DNA of 64,000 bases from Octopus vulgaris. Lineage: Eukaryota. Positions within the stretch are counted from its first letter, which is position 1, and each line of letters starts with the position of its first letter. Made by a program: the position numbers and the translations under genes. Positions 13,677 to 28,154 of this stretch are shown here, in pieces. The notes beneath the pieces were generated by a model. That model was not told the DNA's origin. It made no database searches and was given only the letters and a program-made list of their open reading frames with translations. The DNA lies in assembly GCA_951406725.2 (NCBI GenBank), contig OX597819.1:34286001-34350000 (forward strand), given 5' to 3'.

Positions 13677-14159
13677 GTGTGTGAGTATGTTTGTATGTAT
13701 GTGAGCATATATGCATATGCTCTATTACTAGACAGTGACCAGAAGTTAGATTGCAAGGATAAAAAGATATTTGTATGTATGTATGTATTTATATATATAT
13801 CTATATACCGGAGTAAACACATAAATGTGAAACAAGGTGGAAAAAAGAGTACTCAAATACCAGTAGTAGAGTAACATGCTTTATTTAAAGCAGCAGAAAA
13901 TTCAACAAAGCCTGTTACTCTGAGTTTCCTGTTGTCGTTCATCGGACAGTTTTTGCTATATATATAAATTAGAGATAAAACCATTATTAGGCAATAGTAA
14001 GTTTTCCCTGTAAGTTTGGATATACTCCCTAATATTATTTATATATATATAAATACATATATATATGCATGTGTGTGTGTGTGTGTGAATGTATGTAAAC
14101 ATATGTTTATGTATGTGTTGATGTGTGCATGTATTCAAGCATTTGTATATATGAATTCT

Positions 14160-14377
14160 TTTTTTATTCTTTTATTCTTTTATTTGTTTCAGTCATTTGA
14201 TTGCAGCCATGCTGGAGCACTGCCTTCAGTCGAACAAATCTACCCTAGGACTTATTCTTTGTAAGCCTAGTACTTATTCTTTTGGTTTATTTTGCCAAAC
14301 CATTAAGTTACTGAGACATAAACACACCAGCATCGGTTGTCAAGTGGTGATGAGGGTGGACAGACACACAAACATAG

Positions 14378-14414
<37 letters not shown>

Positions 14415-14567
14415 GCCTCTTTCAGTTTCCATCTACCAAATCTATTCACAAGGCTTTGGTCAGCCCAAGGTTATAGTAGAAGACACTTGCCCAAGGTGCC
14501 ACACAGTGGGACTGAACCCAGAACCATGTGGTTGGTAAGCAAGCTACTTACCACACAACCACTCCTG
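14160..14567 (-). mobile_element. SINE family B (tRNA head, internal microsatellite, tail ggtgctccagcatggc...gactgaaacaa)
   Basis: Full-length head, internal (TA)n and tail; near-identical to 57295-57693. Confidence 0.85.
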
Positions 14568-14667
14568 ATGTATGCATGCATGTATGAACATGCATATATA
14601 ATTCTATGACTATCATCATCATCATTGTCATCACTTAATGTCTATATTTCACTTGGCATGGTTTGAA

Positions 14668-14702
<35 letters not shown>

Positions 14703-16577
14703 TGTATGTATGTGTGTGTGTGTGTTCATATATGTAAGTGTACATATATATATGAATGCATGTATGTTTATGTATGTATGTGTGTGTAGGTATGTATGAG
14801 AGTGTGTGTGTGTTTTTATATATGTATGTATGGACGTATGTATGTATGTGTGAGAGTGTGTGTGAGTGCATATATATAACTGTACACACAAAATGATATA
14901 TTTATATATATGCACATAATTAGACAAGCAAGTGCTAATTGCTTCTGTTGACTAATTAGTTTAAACTATTGACAGTGATTAAATGTGAAAGATAGGAATA
15001 TTCTGAGAAACAATAGTTGAATATTCTCAGTTCAGCTGTTTGGCTTTACTGCATCATTTAACAAGTTAACCACCATAACAAATGTCCATTGTAATTTCAA
15101 TGAAAGCCTGATGTGCTTTTAGCAAATTTAAACACCTTTCGAAAGGACTTTTTACTGTCAATGTATAGATTGCATGAATGGCAGATTAGTGTAAGTATTG
15201 ATTTGTGGCTGGGATGGACGACAAGATAGATGGACAGATGAATTGGCAGATTGATAAAATGACTGGATAGCCTAAGCTGAAGTTGGTCAAATAGTTGTTC
15301 TCTGACCCAAGTTCAGACCAGATCATGTAAGTGAATGACTAAGCAAATGATCAAATGTATATCAATCATACTCATCATGTCTTTTTCTTTAAGAGCATAT
15401 AGGACCTGCATGTTTCCTTCCATAGTAAAAATAGTAGTGTTTGATGTGAGAATATGTGACTGTTGTTTCTAGCAGGTCATGTAACTATACAGAGATTTTT
15501 TTAAATTGAATTCATGTAGAAACTTGTTTGAGGGGAAATTTCAGGATTGCTGACTGGGAAGATGTGTGGATGTGTGAGTGAGAGCGTGAATGGATGTGTG
15601 CAAAATTTGTAAAACTAGTATTGATGAAATTGATTTGATTAATGTGCAGCCTCAACATCTAAGGGTCACTCATGATCTCTAGAGGATTTTGTGCCCCATC
15701 AGGAACCCAGATTGAACATCTGTTGGTCAATTTCTATAACAACAATGTGAGTGTGAATGGGTAGCTGTAACCTGTAACAGAGTAAACTCCCACTTAAGGG
15801 GCCTAAAAACCAAGTGGCATTAAACCTGGTAGTGTGTTAGACCTATAACTTCCAAACAAAATGTTATACTCCTCTGAGTTTTCTAAGTGACATCCATCTT
15901 GATATATACCACAGGGTGGCACACTCATAATTGCTTTACTCATGTGAACTGATATGGCTTCAACTTTAGACATTCCAACATCTGTTGGTATGACCTCCTG
16001 CATATGTGAGACTGCCGTGCCAATTTACATGACTTCTTTGGACTTTGAGTAATCATTTGGCAAATGTCCTGAATAACTTCCCACATTCAAACTGTAGGTT
16101 TTCTCTTTTTGTGGGGTGGGTGGTGGTGCGTTGTACACTTCCCCTATGGTGTGTTACTTCTTAACCAACATTTGTATTATTCACTTTACTGGTAAGCCTT
16201 TACCTGGAAATTTGACTTCAGAAATTTCACATGTTTGCTTAACAGAACCTGTTCTCACATACACTTCCACAATCTCCATTCTTTCCACTACTGAGTATGT
16301 CATTTTGCAGAAAAGACCAGATATGTTCACTCAGTACACTCTTACAATCAACTAATGTGATGAGGATAACATAGCAAAAAAGTCGACTTGTGTGCCAACT
16401 TTGTTCAGCAGTTAGAAGCAACCCAAATAATACAATGACACCTGCAAATGAAAGGCTGGGGGCTTTTTCATGAGTGTAAATTAATTTCTGTAGTTAATCT
16501 GTGCTCTGGAACCTGGGTTACCTTTGAAGTCAAATTAACACAATGACACTTGCAAACAAAAGGCTAGATGCTTTTTC

Positions 16578-16860
16578 ATCATCATCATCATCGTTTAACG
16601 TCTGCTTTCCGTGCTAGCACGGGTTGGACAGTTCAACCAGGGTCTGGGAAGCCAGGATGCTGCACCAGGATCCAGTCTGATCTGGCAGTGTTTCTACAGC
16701 TGGATGCCCTTCCTAACATGAACCACTCAATGAGTATAGTGGGTGCTTTTTGCGTGCCACTGGCACAAGTGCCAGGGGCGGCTGGCAGCAGACATGATCA
16801 GTTGGTGCTTTTTACATGCCACCAGCACAGAAGCCAGTCAGGGCGGTGCTGGCAAGTCAA
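16578..16860 (-). mobile_element. SINE family C
   Basis: (CAT)n gtttaacgtc...gctggatgcccttcc... Confidence 0.85.
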
Positions 16861-17239
16861 GGCGGTGTATAAATTTATAAATTTATTTTTGTATTTACAC
16901 ACTGATACAGAACCTGGGTTACATTTACATGCATCTCACTGCATAATAAAAGAAGCTACTTGTTAATTACTTGTTAATTACTTTGGAATTTGTAACTTTT
17001 ACTAAAATAATGAAATTATTAAGGTCTGTCCTATCTAAATCATTCTACTTTTGTTATATTTTCATCATAATGTAGTTTTTAATTTCTTTTATTACTAAAG
17101 ATTTCACTCTACAGAAAATTCATTTTAATTCACTGCATGGTAGCGTTTTTATCACACATTGAGATAGATAGTTAGAATTCTCTTTTTGTCTTTTCCCTCT
17201 CATACACTTCATTGCACAACTTTCCATAGATATATCTAT

Positions 17240-17430
17240 GCAGGTGGCACGTAAAAAGCACCCACTACACTCACGGAGTGGTTGGCGTTAGGAAGGGCAT
17301 CCAGCTGTAGAAACATTGCCAGGTAAGACTGGAGCCTGGTGCAGCCTTCTGGCTTCCCAGATCCCTGGTCGAACCGTCCAACCCATGCTAGCATGGAGAA
17401 CGGACGTTAAACGATGATGATGATGATGAT
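17240..17430 (+). mobile_element. SINE family C, 5'-truncated, CpG-rich (young)
   Basis: gtggcacgtaaaaagcaccc...ggacgttaaacgatgatgatgatgat. Confidence 0.85.
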
Positions 17431-17730
17431 ATCAGTAGAAACATTTTATGTTTTTACTGTAGCCATGTTAGAGTTTTAGTGAAACAAATCAAATCAATCC
17501 CAGTACTTATCTTTTTTAAGGCTTGATACTTATTTTATCAGTCTCTTTTCCAAAACTGCTAAGTTACAGGGGATGTAAACAAGCACAAATACACACACAC
17601 AGATTATATATGTGTGTGTGTGTACATACATATATACACGTATATATTTGCATACATATATATATAGACATGCATACATATATATATGTAGACATACATA
17701 CATATATATGTAAACATACATACATACATA

Positions 17731-17778
<48 letters not shown>

Positions 17779-17832
17779 ACAAGAGGCTTCCAAATAATAA
17801 TTTCTTATTAACCTATTGTTATTTATTATGTT

Positions 17833-17874
<42 letters not shown>

Positions 17875-20119
17875 GAATTTACAAAAAACAAAAGACGAAG
17901 ACAGGTGTGTAAACAACAAACAGATGTATTAATTGATATGCTCAGGAAGTGAGAAAGTCTTTTATGCTTTGAGCCTACGCTCTTCGACAGAAAGGAACAG
18001 AGAAACAAACAGGGAGAGAAAATAGAGGTTTAGTGGCTAGCGATCTATCATGGTGATACATACATACATACATACATACATACATACATACGTACATACA
18101 TACATACATACGTACATACATATGTACGTATGTACGTACTTATGTATGTATGTATGTATGTATGTATGCAATGAGCTTTTTTCACTTTTTGTCTACCAAT
18201 CCACTTAGAAGGCTTTGGTCAGACTGGGGCTACATTGGAAGGTACTTGCCCAAAGTGCCATACAGTGGAACTGAACCCAAAACCATACAGTTGGAAAGCA
18301 AACTTCATACCACACAGCCACAAAATGTAAGTTTAATCCAGAGTCAGCCAAAGTTTGTTGATTCTAGTATTGTTTAATTCCATGAATTGGACAGGACAAG
18401 TGTTTTTAGTGTGACATGGTAGACAAACAGAGAAACAAGTAGACAGATAGTCAGATGGCTGGAGGAAATGATTGACTGGGTGAGAAACCTGTTAAATGAG
18501 GTTCTGAATAACTGGTTGGGTATGTACCAGACTGAATATTGAAATGACTGGCAATGTCAGTGGTTGTTGTAAAGATTTATTTGACAGATATATTTAGGAA
18601 ATAGAGAGACAGCTTGCTGTCTTGAAAAGATTACCATCCAATGAGGTAGTAACGAGAGAAATAAGAACTGATACATGTTCAACTCATTTTTCCCAGCTGA
18701 GTGGACAGGAATAATGTGAAATAAAGTGTCTTGCTCAAGGACACAACACACCCCCAGGAATCAAACTCATGGCCTTACAATTGTGGGGTGAATCCTTACC
18801 CACTAAGCCATGCAGCTTCATATATATGAAACGGCTTCTTTCAGTTAACCAAATTCACTCATAAGGCATTGGTCATTCCAGGCTACAGTAATACAGTACA
18901 AGACTCTAGCTCAAAGTTCTGCACAGTGAGACTGAATCCCAAAACCACCTGGCTTTGAAGCAAGCTTTGTAAGCAGAGAGACATGCCTATGCCTATATAT
19001 GGAAAAGAGTGAAAGGGGTACAGTGAACTTGCCATGAGGCGTGGAATATCCAATGTTTCGGATTCAATCCCTCGTCAGGGGCAGAGAAAAAGAGAAGAAA
19101 AAGAGAAAAAAGTCAAGCAGTGTTTACATCCACTTAGCTTGAAAAACTGGCTATGATGATGAGAAATATTGCACAAAATCTTACTTACTCTACAATGGTT
19201 TACGGTTTATGTTATTTTTTCCTATTTAAACATAAACATTATTGAGAATGAATAATGAAATCTTTATTGAATCAATTCAGTTTTTCTTTTTTAACATTAC
19301 TCATGGCCACACCAACCAATCAATTACAGTTGCTGTTTAATTGGAATAGGAAATTGCATTTAGTCATGTTTATTTCACTAAGTCCATTTACAATATATAC
19401 ATGCGTATACATAAACACACCCACACACATATATATATATATCTATATACATTTTATCATCATCATATATGAAACAGTACACACACATACACACACACAT
19501 GCATGTGCATATACACACACACACATGCATTATTATTTTGAAATCCTAATGATGTAAATTAATGTTTCATTATCAGTAAAAACTCATCATCATCTAAATT
19601 AATCTGTTATACTTAAAAAGAGAAGAAAAAAATTCACAGAAAAGCAAAACAAGAAAAAAAAATAATAAAATGAGATTTTTTTTGTATTTTCTCAATTTTG
19701 TTTGTGTTTTTTTTCTTCTTGTTTTTCTCCTGTTTATTTCTGTTTATTTAACTGCTGAAAGACAGAGTTTCTGAGGTACTTTGGTATTCAGAATTTACTT
19801 CTGTTTCACTATTATTGTTGATGTTTCCTATTTGCTATTTTTTCTCTTTTGGAATGGAATTCGTTCAAAATTTAATCACTTTTTTGGAATGAGTGGGCAG
19901 TGGGGGGACATTGTTTTATTTGTTTTTAGACATTATAAAAATATTTGATTGAAATTGTCTTTAATCAGTATGTAAATGAATATCACAGAAATAGCCTCAC
20001 TGCTGACCGTTTCCATCGGAATTTTCCCAAACATTATAACTTGAGACAAGAAATCATTCAATACAAGACAGGCCAAAAATGTCCATGATGAGATAATTGT
20101 ATTTCATTTTTTTAACAAA

Positions 20120-20465
20120 TGGCACAGCCATGGCTGTGTGGTAAGAAGTGTGCTTCTCAAACACATGGTTCTGGGTTCAGCCCCACTGCATGGCACTTTG
20201 AGCAAGCCTTTCCTATTATAGCCTCAGACCAATCAAAACTTCCTGAGTGGATTTGGTAGATGGAAACTAAAAGATGCCTACTGTGTGCTTATGTGTGTGT
20301 GTGTGTGTGTGTATGTTTGTCTCCCACTACCACTTGACAACTGGTGTTGGAATATTTATGCCCCTTTTAACTTAGCGGTTCAGCAAAAAAGACTGATAGA
20401 ACAAGTACCAAGCTTTAAAAAATAAGTTCTGGGGTCAATTTGAAACAATTAAAAGATAAAAGATA
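20120..20465 (+). mobile_element. SINE family B
   Basis: ggcacagccatggctgtgtggtaagaag head, (GT)n centre, degenerate tail. Confidence 0.75.
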
Positions 20466-20562
20466 ATTCCACCAACATCACCACCACCAACAACAACAAC
20501 ACAACCACACCAAAAACTATCCTTACCAACACCACCATCACCTTTACTGACATCACGTAAAG

Positions 20563-20800
20563 CAGTGGTCTCAACAGGGGGTCCATATAAGATTTTATTG
20601 TTAAAATCCATGTGTAAAAAGATCAGTTATACTTCTACAATACACAAAATATTTTTATTTTTTTATACAATTCGTAATAATATTCAATTATAAAAATACA
20701 GTAAGATGTTTTTTTATATACAGTGAATGACTATGGATGTCCGGTAGAATAAAATCAGAATCAAAGAGGTCCATAGTTTAAAAATGGTTAAGAACCACTG
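20563..20800. mobile_element. hAT (Charlie-like) MITE
   Basis: TIRs cagtggtctcaac / gttaagaaccactg; 8-bp flanks acgtaaag / atctaaag (6/8 identical, central TA). Confidence 0.7.
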
Positions 20801-23159
20801 ATCTAAAGTCTTCTTCCACTTTTTAAAAGAGTAAGTTGTGACTTAAGTAAGATTTCATTCCTATTTCTACCAGGTCCCTGAGGTTTATCATGAGTCCTGG
20901 GACTCATAAAGGTCAGAGATTAACCTAGTTTCCTTGGTATATAAGTGACAAAGCCTACAATATTTCCCTCTGAATACAATGCTAGTCCATTGAAGAATTA
21001 AATTCTCAGTTATTGCAGGAACTCAGAGCAACATGAAATGAAGTGTCTTGCACAAGAAAACAACACACCACTTGGTCTAGGAATCAAAATTATGATCTTA
21101 TTAGTGCTAAGTGATCAACCACATTTTGTCTCCCCTTTGCAAATTATTCTAATAAATGTCACTGCAAGTCAAGTGTGGATTCTGTCAGCCTTCACCCATT
21201 GTCATGCATTACAGCGTTAGCCACTTCCCATGCCATACCACCCTTAACAAAATCATAAAGTATGACCTAGATGTTACAGGCTTCCCTTCCCAGCTTAGGC
21301 CAGTGAGTTTGTGGTAGTGGACACCTCCAGCATTCTTGACCTCCACATGTCCCTGCTCACCACTATCAAAGCAGAGATGGTTAAGCTCCATGAGTCAGAG
21401 TAGCTGTTCCAGCACATCTCCCTTGCCATCCTCCAGGGTAATGCCTTTTGCTTTTTGTTTACTGGGACCATAAGATAGTCTGAATTACAGAAAATCAAGG
21501 GAACGTAAGAATTTCATAGCTTAATTCACTTTAAACTTCTATAGCAATATTTTCTCTCTCAAACCATCTCATCCACATCCTTTACACTCCACTTCATAGT
21601 TATCTTTTTTTTTCACAATCCAAGCAGTAAAATTACTTTCTAATAAATGTTATAAATAAAATTTCCTTGGTTTTTTATTGGTTTTGTTACATTTTGTTTT
21701 TAACTACATTCAATGGTCTCAAATCTTCTACAGAACTGAAAACACATGCATGCAAATGCATATATACCCTGAAATATATTTTCTAGCAAAAGATGTGCCA
21801 TAATATATGGAATGTTATTATCTACAGATACCTACAGTCAAGGCTTCACTGATTGTATCTATAGCTGAACTGCCAGAGTTGACTTAATTCATTGTTTCAA
21901 GTCAAGTCACACAACCAATTGAAGAATGGTTGGTTCCATGAAGCACATACAGCCATAAAATATCCTCCAAGAACACGTGAAAATATTGAAAAGTTCCTAT
22001 ATTCCAGATGATGTTTTTATGGCAAAAGGAACGGGATATAAGGAGAAGAAATAAATGACAAGATTGTATTTGCAAATAGGAATAAAGTAGATTTTTTTAT
22101 ATACTACTGTGTATAAACTTTTATATCTATAAACTTTTATATTGTGAGTTAAATAGTCATGTGAAACATCAATCTGATCTTTGAAATAACAACATTTCAA
22201 GTTCAGGTTTAATATCTATATCTATACATGGAATTATAAGTGTAATATATTTCCTAATTACATGCATCTGTGCTCAAATACATATTTAAACAATGCAACA
22301 TTCTCCTGGAACAATATATAATATCTTCTGGAATGTTCCATTGTGAAAATCTTTCTAAGCAGAAGGTTATACACCTATCACTGTTCTTAAATAAATTATA
22401 GTAAAATTTGATAAGAAGTTTTATTGGTAAGAATAAATCTCAGGATCAGAATCCAAAGCCATTAACATTTATCAAAATCCAACACAAAAATCTTGAGTAA
22501 AAGTTTCAAGCAAACCACAGAATCCACTTCGTAAATTTTCTTTCAGTTATTAACAGGCATGGCTGTGTAGTGAAAAGTTTGATAAAATATCAAAAGGGGT
22601 ATCTATATTCATAGAGGTATTTATACAAGTTAAATATTTATACAAATTTTTCCTTTCCTGAAGGGCATATACATTTTTTGACAGTCTCTCTCTCTCTTTC
22701 ACTCACTCCCTCTCTCTCACTCCTTCTCTCTCTCACTCCTCTCTCTCTCACTTCCTCTCTCTCTCTCTCACTCCCTCTCTCTCTCTAATATGAATGAATA
22801 TATCTATGTGTGCATATATCTATGTGTGTATATATGTGTGTTGTTATGTTTGTCTCCTATCGTTGTTTGTCAACTGGTGTTGGTTTGTTTATGTCCCCAT
22901 AACTTAACAGTTCAGGAAAAGCAAAAAAGATCAGTAGAATAAGTACCAGACTTAAAATATAAAGTAAGGACTGAAGCCAATTTGTTCAACTAAAAGCCAT
23001 TCAAAACAGTGCTCCAGCATGGCCACAGTCCAATAAAAGAAATGAAAAGGAAGAAAATCAATGAATCAAAAACATCATCAAAAACCAACTTCAACCTTAC
23101 AGAGCTACTTTAGTCAGGATAGTCTTACTGCTTTTATTATTACAAGTACAAATATTGTT

Positions 23160-23590
23160 TTCTACTCTAAGCACAAGGCACAAAATTTTGGGGGAGTGGG
23201 GGTGGGTAGTTGATTAGATCGACCCAGTATGCAACTGGTACCTAATTTATCGACCCCAAAAGGATGAAAGGCAAAGTCGACCTCAGTGGAATTTGAACTC
23301 AGAACATAAAAACAGATGAAATACCTATTTCTTTACTACCCACAAGGGGCTAAACACAGAGAGGACAAACAAGGACAGACAAACGAATTAAGTCGATTAC
23401 ATCAACCCCAGTGTGTAACTGGTTCTTAATTTATCAACCCCGAAAGGATGAAAGGCAAAGTCGACCTTGGCGGAATTTGAACTCAGAACGCAACGTCGGA
23501 CAAAATACCCCTAAGCATTCGCCCGGCATGCTAACGTTTCTGCCACTAAGCATTTCACCCAGCATGCTACTGGCTCTGCCAGCTCACTGC
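23160..23590 (-). mobile_element. Family A SINE dimer
   Basis: Two cores joined at gaaatacctatttctttactacccac; one full head at the right end; degenerate TSD caagtacaaatatt / caggtgcaaatatt. Confidence 0.8.
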
Positions 23591-23626
23591 TATCAGGTGC
23601 AAATATTATCCATCTCACTGTTTCCC

Positions 23627-24062
23627 TTCATCATCATCATCATCAGCAGCAGCAGCAGCATTTAACATCTGCTTTCCATGCTGGCATGGGTCAGATGACT
23701 TGACTGGAACTGGTAAGCTGGATTGCTGCACCAAGTTCCAGACTGATTTGGCATGGTTTCTACAGCTAGATGCTATTCCTAATGCCAACCACTCCAAGAA
23801 TGTAATGTGTGCTTTTTATGTACCACCAGCATGAGTGCCAGTTATGTGACACTGGCATCAGCCGCGACTATGATTTCACTGAGCTTGATGGGTCTTCTCA
23901 AGCACAACATATCACCAAATGTCATGGACACTGGTCATTGCCTCCATAAGGCCAATGACTGAAGGCTACTTTATAAGTACCACCGGCACAGGTGCCAATT
24001 ACATGACACCAGCATCAGCCACAGCTACAATTTCACTTGGCTTCACAAGTCTTCTCAAGCAC
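23627..24062 (-). mobile_element. SINE family C
   Basis: (CAT)n(CAG)n tail plus family C body with duplicated internal unit. Confidence 0.8.
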
Positions 24063-24699
24063 CTTAATATGTAATATTCAGTAGTTGTTGATTAACCTTA
24101 GGTCAGCTATGATTGAACCAACTTTTGATCAAAAGGATTCCATTAGTGGCCATCCTGCCCTGTATTTTTTCAGATAATGTATCATGCACTACATTCCAAT
24201 CTGTCAACGATAGTGTGTGAATTGAGAGAGATTTATCTACTACTTTTAGCAGGTTAATTAGAAGCTCCCTCATTGTTAAATGTAATCAGACCCAGACCAG
24301 GTGAGAAGTAGGTCTTATTTCAAACTATACATAAAGTATTTTAGTAATCAGTATTAAACACATGTACTTGGCTTACAAGTACATACATGTATATGTGAAT
24401 AGGAATATAGTTCACTGATGAGATCCAGAGATTTTCAGTAAAGACGACACTTAGTAGGGCACAAAATATTCAAACTTAGACGCTGACATCTTTACAGAGG
24501 ATCATTCTACAGGGTAAAGAAAGGCTATAAGAGGGATCAAGTTGAGCGGGTATAGAGGCAATTATACTCATAAACAAATTAGACACATAAAATATACTAA
24601 ATATATTAAATACAAATTATGCATATATGTATACATGCAAATGAGAGAAAATGAAAGGTGGAAAGTTTCAGGTGATGAATTTTTATGTATTAATATATC

Positions 24700-24997
24700 A
24701 CATGATATCATGTGACCGACCAGACCATCAGATGTTGCTACACATCGCTGGTCACAATGCATTCGCATTGTTTTAGCCTTCGAACGACACCACCCCACCG
24801 GCTAAGTGACCAGGCCAACAGAAGAGAGAAAGAGTGGTGAAAGAGTACAGCAGGGATCACCACCCCCTGCCGGAGCCTCGTGGAGCTTTTAGGTGTTTTC
24901 GCTCAATAAACACACACAACGCCCGGTCTGGGAATCGAAACCGCAATCCTCTGACCACGAGTCCGCTGCCCTAACCCCTGGGCCATTGCGCCTCCAC
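24700..24997 (-). mobile_element. Young tRNA-headed SINE (family D-related)
   Basis: Head ggaggcgcaatggcccaggggttagggcagcggactcgtggtc on minus; CpG-rich; gtattaatata repeated on both flanks. Confidence 0.8.
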
Positions 24998-25549
24998 GTA
25001 TTAATATATACATATTTTATATTAACAGGCCAAAGTTACACAGAGTACAAAGGACAGAGTGAATTAAAGGGGTTGAAGAAAGGTGTTTCTGGGGGCTCGG
25101 TGATCCATAGTAATGTTGGTAGATTTTTTTTGTATGTATACATATTTTGTATTTGATGTATTTAATATATTTAATATATTTGATGTGTCTAATTTGTTTA
25201 TCTGCATAATTGCCTCTATAGTGAATAGGATGTACTTAAATGTGTGTGTTTGAATAAACAACAGGTGACAATCATCATTATCATCATCAGATTACAATGC
25301 TTACAGCCTTCAAAGAAAAAAGAAACCTCCAGTACTGGTTCCAATTTGTTTGACCTAGAACCCTTCGAGGTAAAACCCCTGAAGTGCTGCAGTTCCATGA
25401 GTTAAACAAGTAAAAGACGAAAGTAACTGACAACTCTTACAGATTGAAACAAATGTAATACTAAAAGACAGGTTTTGTAGAAAGCAGCCTAATGACAAGA
25501 ACTAACCCCCAATATATTACTGATACCTACTTTGTTGAAGTCTGAGAAA

Positions 25550-26208
25550 TCTTTTATTTATTATTTGTTTTAGTTATAAGACTGTGGCCATGCTGGAGTA
25601 CCACCTTGAGGAATTTTAGTCAAATGAATGAACCCCAGTATTATATTTTTATATAAAGCCTGGTACTAATTCTTTCAGTCTCTTTTGCTGAACCACTAAG
25701 TTATGAGGACACCAACACTAGTTCTCAAGCTGTGGTAGGGAACAAACGCGGACACAAAGACACACACAAATCATCATCGTCATCATTACCATCAACATTT
25801 AATACCCATTTTCCACGTTGGCATGGTTGGATGTCTTGACAGGAACTCACAAGGCCAGGGACACCACACCAGATTCCATAGTTTGTTTTGGTTTGATTTC
25901 TACAGATGGATGCCTTTCTTAATGCCAACCACTCCACTGAGTGTACTAAGTACTTTTTAAGAGGCACCATCACCAGTACTTTTTATGTGGCACCAGAACC
26001 TACACCAATGCTTTTTATATGGCACCTTGGTTTTAGGATCTTAATTTTGATCGGCTTTTTTCAGTCTCCATCTAGCAAACTGCACCAAAAGGTTTTAGTC
26101 AGCCCAAGACTGTAGTAGAATGCATTTGCCCAAGGTACCATGCAGTGAGGCTGAACCCAGAACCATATAGTTGGGAAGCAGACTTCTTACCACACAGCCA
26201 CTCCTGCA
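25550..26208 (-). mobile_element. SINE family B with nested family C SINE (~25770-26040)
   Basis: Family B tail and head are separated by a (CAT)n-tailed family C copy at the internal microsatellite position. Confidence 0.7.
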
Positions 26209-26579
26209 CGTATGAATACAAAACTAACTTCAATCGGAGTTTGATTGAGAACTGAACACTATTATGCCTTCTAACAACTCACTGCCTACACATCGTTGTT
26301 ACTTTGAAGCTGTATTTTCTCCCAGACTTACTAAAGCTATCAACACTTGGCAACTGTTAACTGCCATACCTATAACTTCCCCTTCACTTCTCTACCAATA
26401 ACTCATATTATTACAAAAACATAGAGAAACTTTCAATAATAATAATATGTACTCATTCTGAAACACATTTCTTCCGGTGCTTATTTCCTCCTCCTTTACA
26501 ATAGAGTCTTGGAAATTCTCAGGAAATCATTAATCACACAAAATCAACCTCACCAACTGATTTGCATCTACATTGCTTT

Positions 26580-26616
<37 letters not shown>

Positions 26617-27949
26617 CACTGTCTTGTCTGGAATTACTCAGTTAAGAAGAGAAACAAAATGTGTGTATCTATGTCTGTGTGTGCAAATGTGTGTGTGTAT
26701 ATGTGTAAATGTGCATGTATGTGAATATGTGCCTGTGTGTGAGCATAAAAGTGTATGTCTTTAGTACATTGTTAGATATGTAGATATGAGATCATCATCA
26801 TTTAACACCTGGTTTTCAAGCTGGCTTCGGTTCAATGGTTCAACAAAATCCGATGAGGTAGAGTACCTAGTTTAGTAAGATTTCTTTGGTGATGCTCTTC
26901 TCTAATGCCAACCACTTTACAGCGTGTATTGGATGCATTTTTTCATGGCACCTGCACTAATAAAGATGGGCTCAAGTCTTACAAAGTCTAAGGGTAAGTA
27001 AGATAAGAGAAAAAGGTTTATAGTTGCAAAGGGTTATAGTACAAAAAGTAACAGAGTAACAGTGTTAATGCAGTCCCAAAAAGGGAAAGGAACACAGGAA
27101 AGGATAGGGATTAGTAATGGAGGTAGGAAAATGATATGGGTGGTTGTATAGAAGGGTCTATGGTTATACTACCTTATACGGGTATCATCATCATCATCAT
27201 CATTATTGTTTAACATTTGCCTTCCATGCTGGCATGTGATGCACGGTTTGACAGGAGCCAGTCAGGTAGAAGACTATACCAGACTACTGTGTCTGTTTTG
27301 GCGTTGTTTTTACAGCTGGATGCCCTTCCTATCACCAACCACTTAGCAGATTTGTCTGAGTGCTTTTTATGTAGCACCAGTACAGACAAGAGAGAGAGAG
27401 AGAGAGAAGAGAAAGAATAGTGGCACTCATTTCAACTGGAACAAAATGAAATGAAGTGCATTGCTTAAGGACACAATGTGTCTAGGAATTCAACCCATAA
27501 TTTTACAGTCATAAGCTTCACATCTCAAACATCAGGTCTCATGCTTCTTACAATACAATATCTAACATCCATCCATACATACACATATATGCAGTCATAT
27601 ATCCACTCATAAATATATCTACACACTGACTACATATACCTACATATTGAAGAATAAGTAGCTAAATAAATACTGATATATACACATATACAAATGCATG
27701 ATTTTGTTGCACGTGTCTGAGATGGATTAGTTTAATGTTAGATGTTTTATTCTGAAACCAAGACATTTCTCCTTTACCTATAAAAGTAAGTTAAAAATCA
27801 TGTTCCTGTAACCAGGTTTTGGACAATATTTTGTGTATTGCCTTACACTTCATTTCAAGGATTTATTTAAACAGTGTTTAAATTACGAGCACATATATTG
27901 GTATGAGCAATCATTCTTCCCGCATAAGATCAAAGATTCCTACACTTAC

Positions 27950-27961
27950 CAAGAAAGTCTT
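27950..27961 (-). other. Candidate 12-nt microexon
   Basis: ctattttcag|AAGACTTTCTTG|gtaagt; frame-preserving length. Confidence 0.25.
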
Positions 27962-28154
27962 CTGAAAATAGCTAGTGCTGTCCTTATCAGTTTAGAAATC
28001 TCTACCTCAATAAACATATTATCAAATGTGAATGATGTCTTCAATGGGATAGGAAATCCAAATATCATTTACCTGTCTACTTTCACTTCTTATAAGAAGA
28101 TATTTTGGAATACATCTTTGAAACTGATTGTGTAAACCTCATTAAAGAAGACTG

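Noticed and set aside
21170-21480. GC-richer block with short minus-strand ORFs
   Set aside because: No recognisable domain; cannot distinguish an exon from an old TE remnant.
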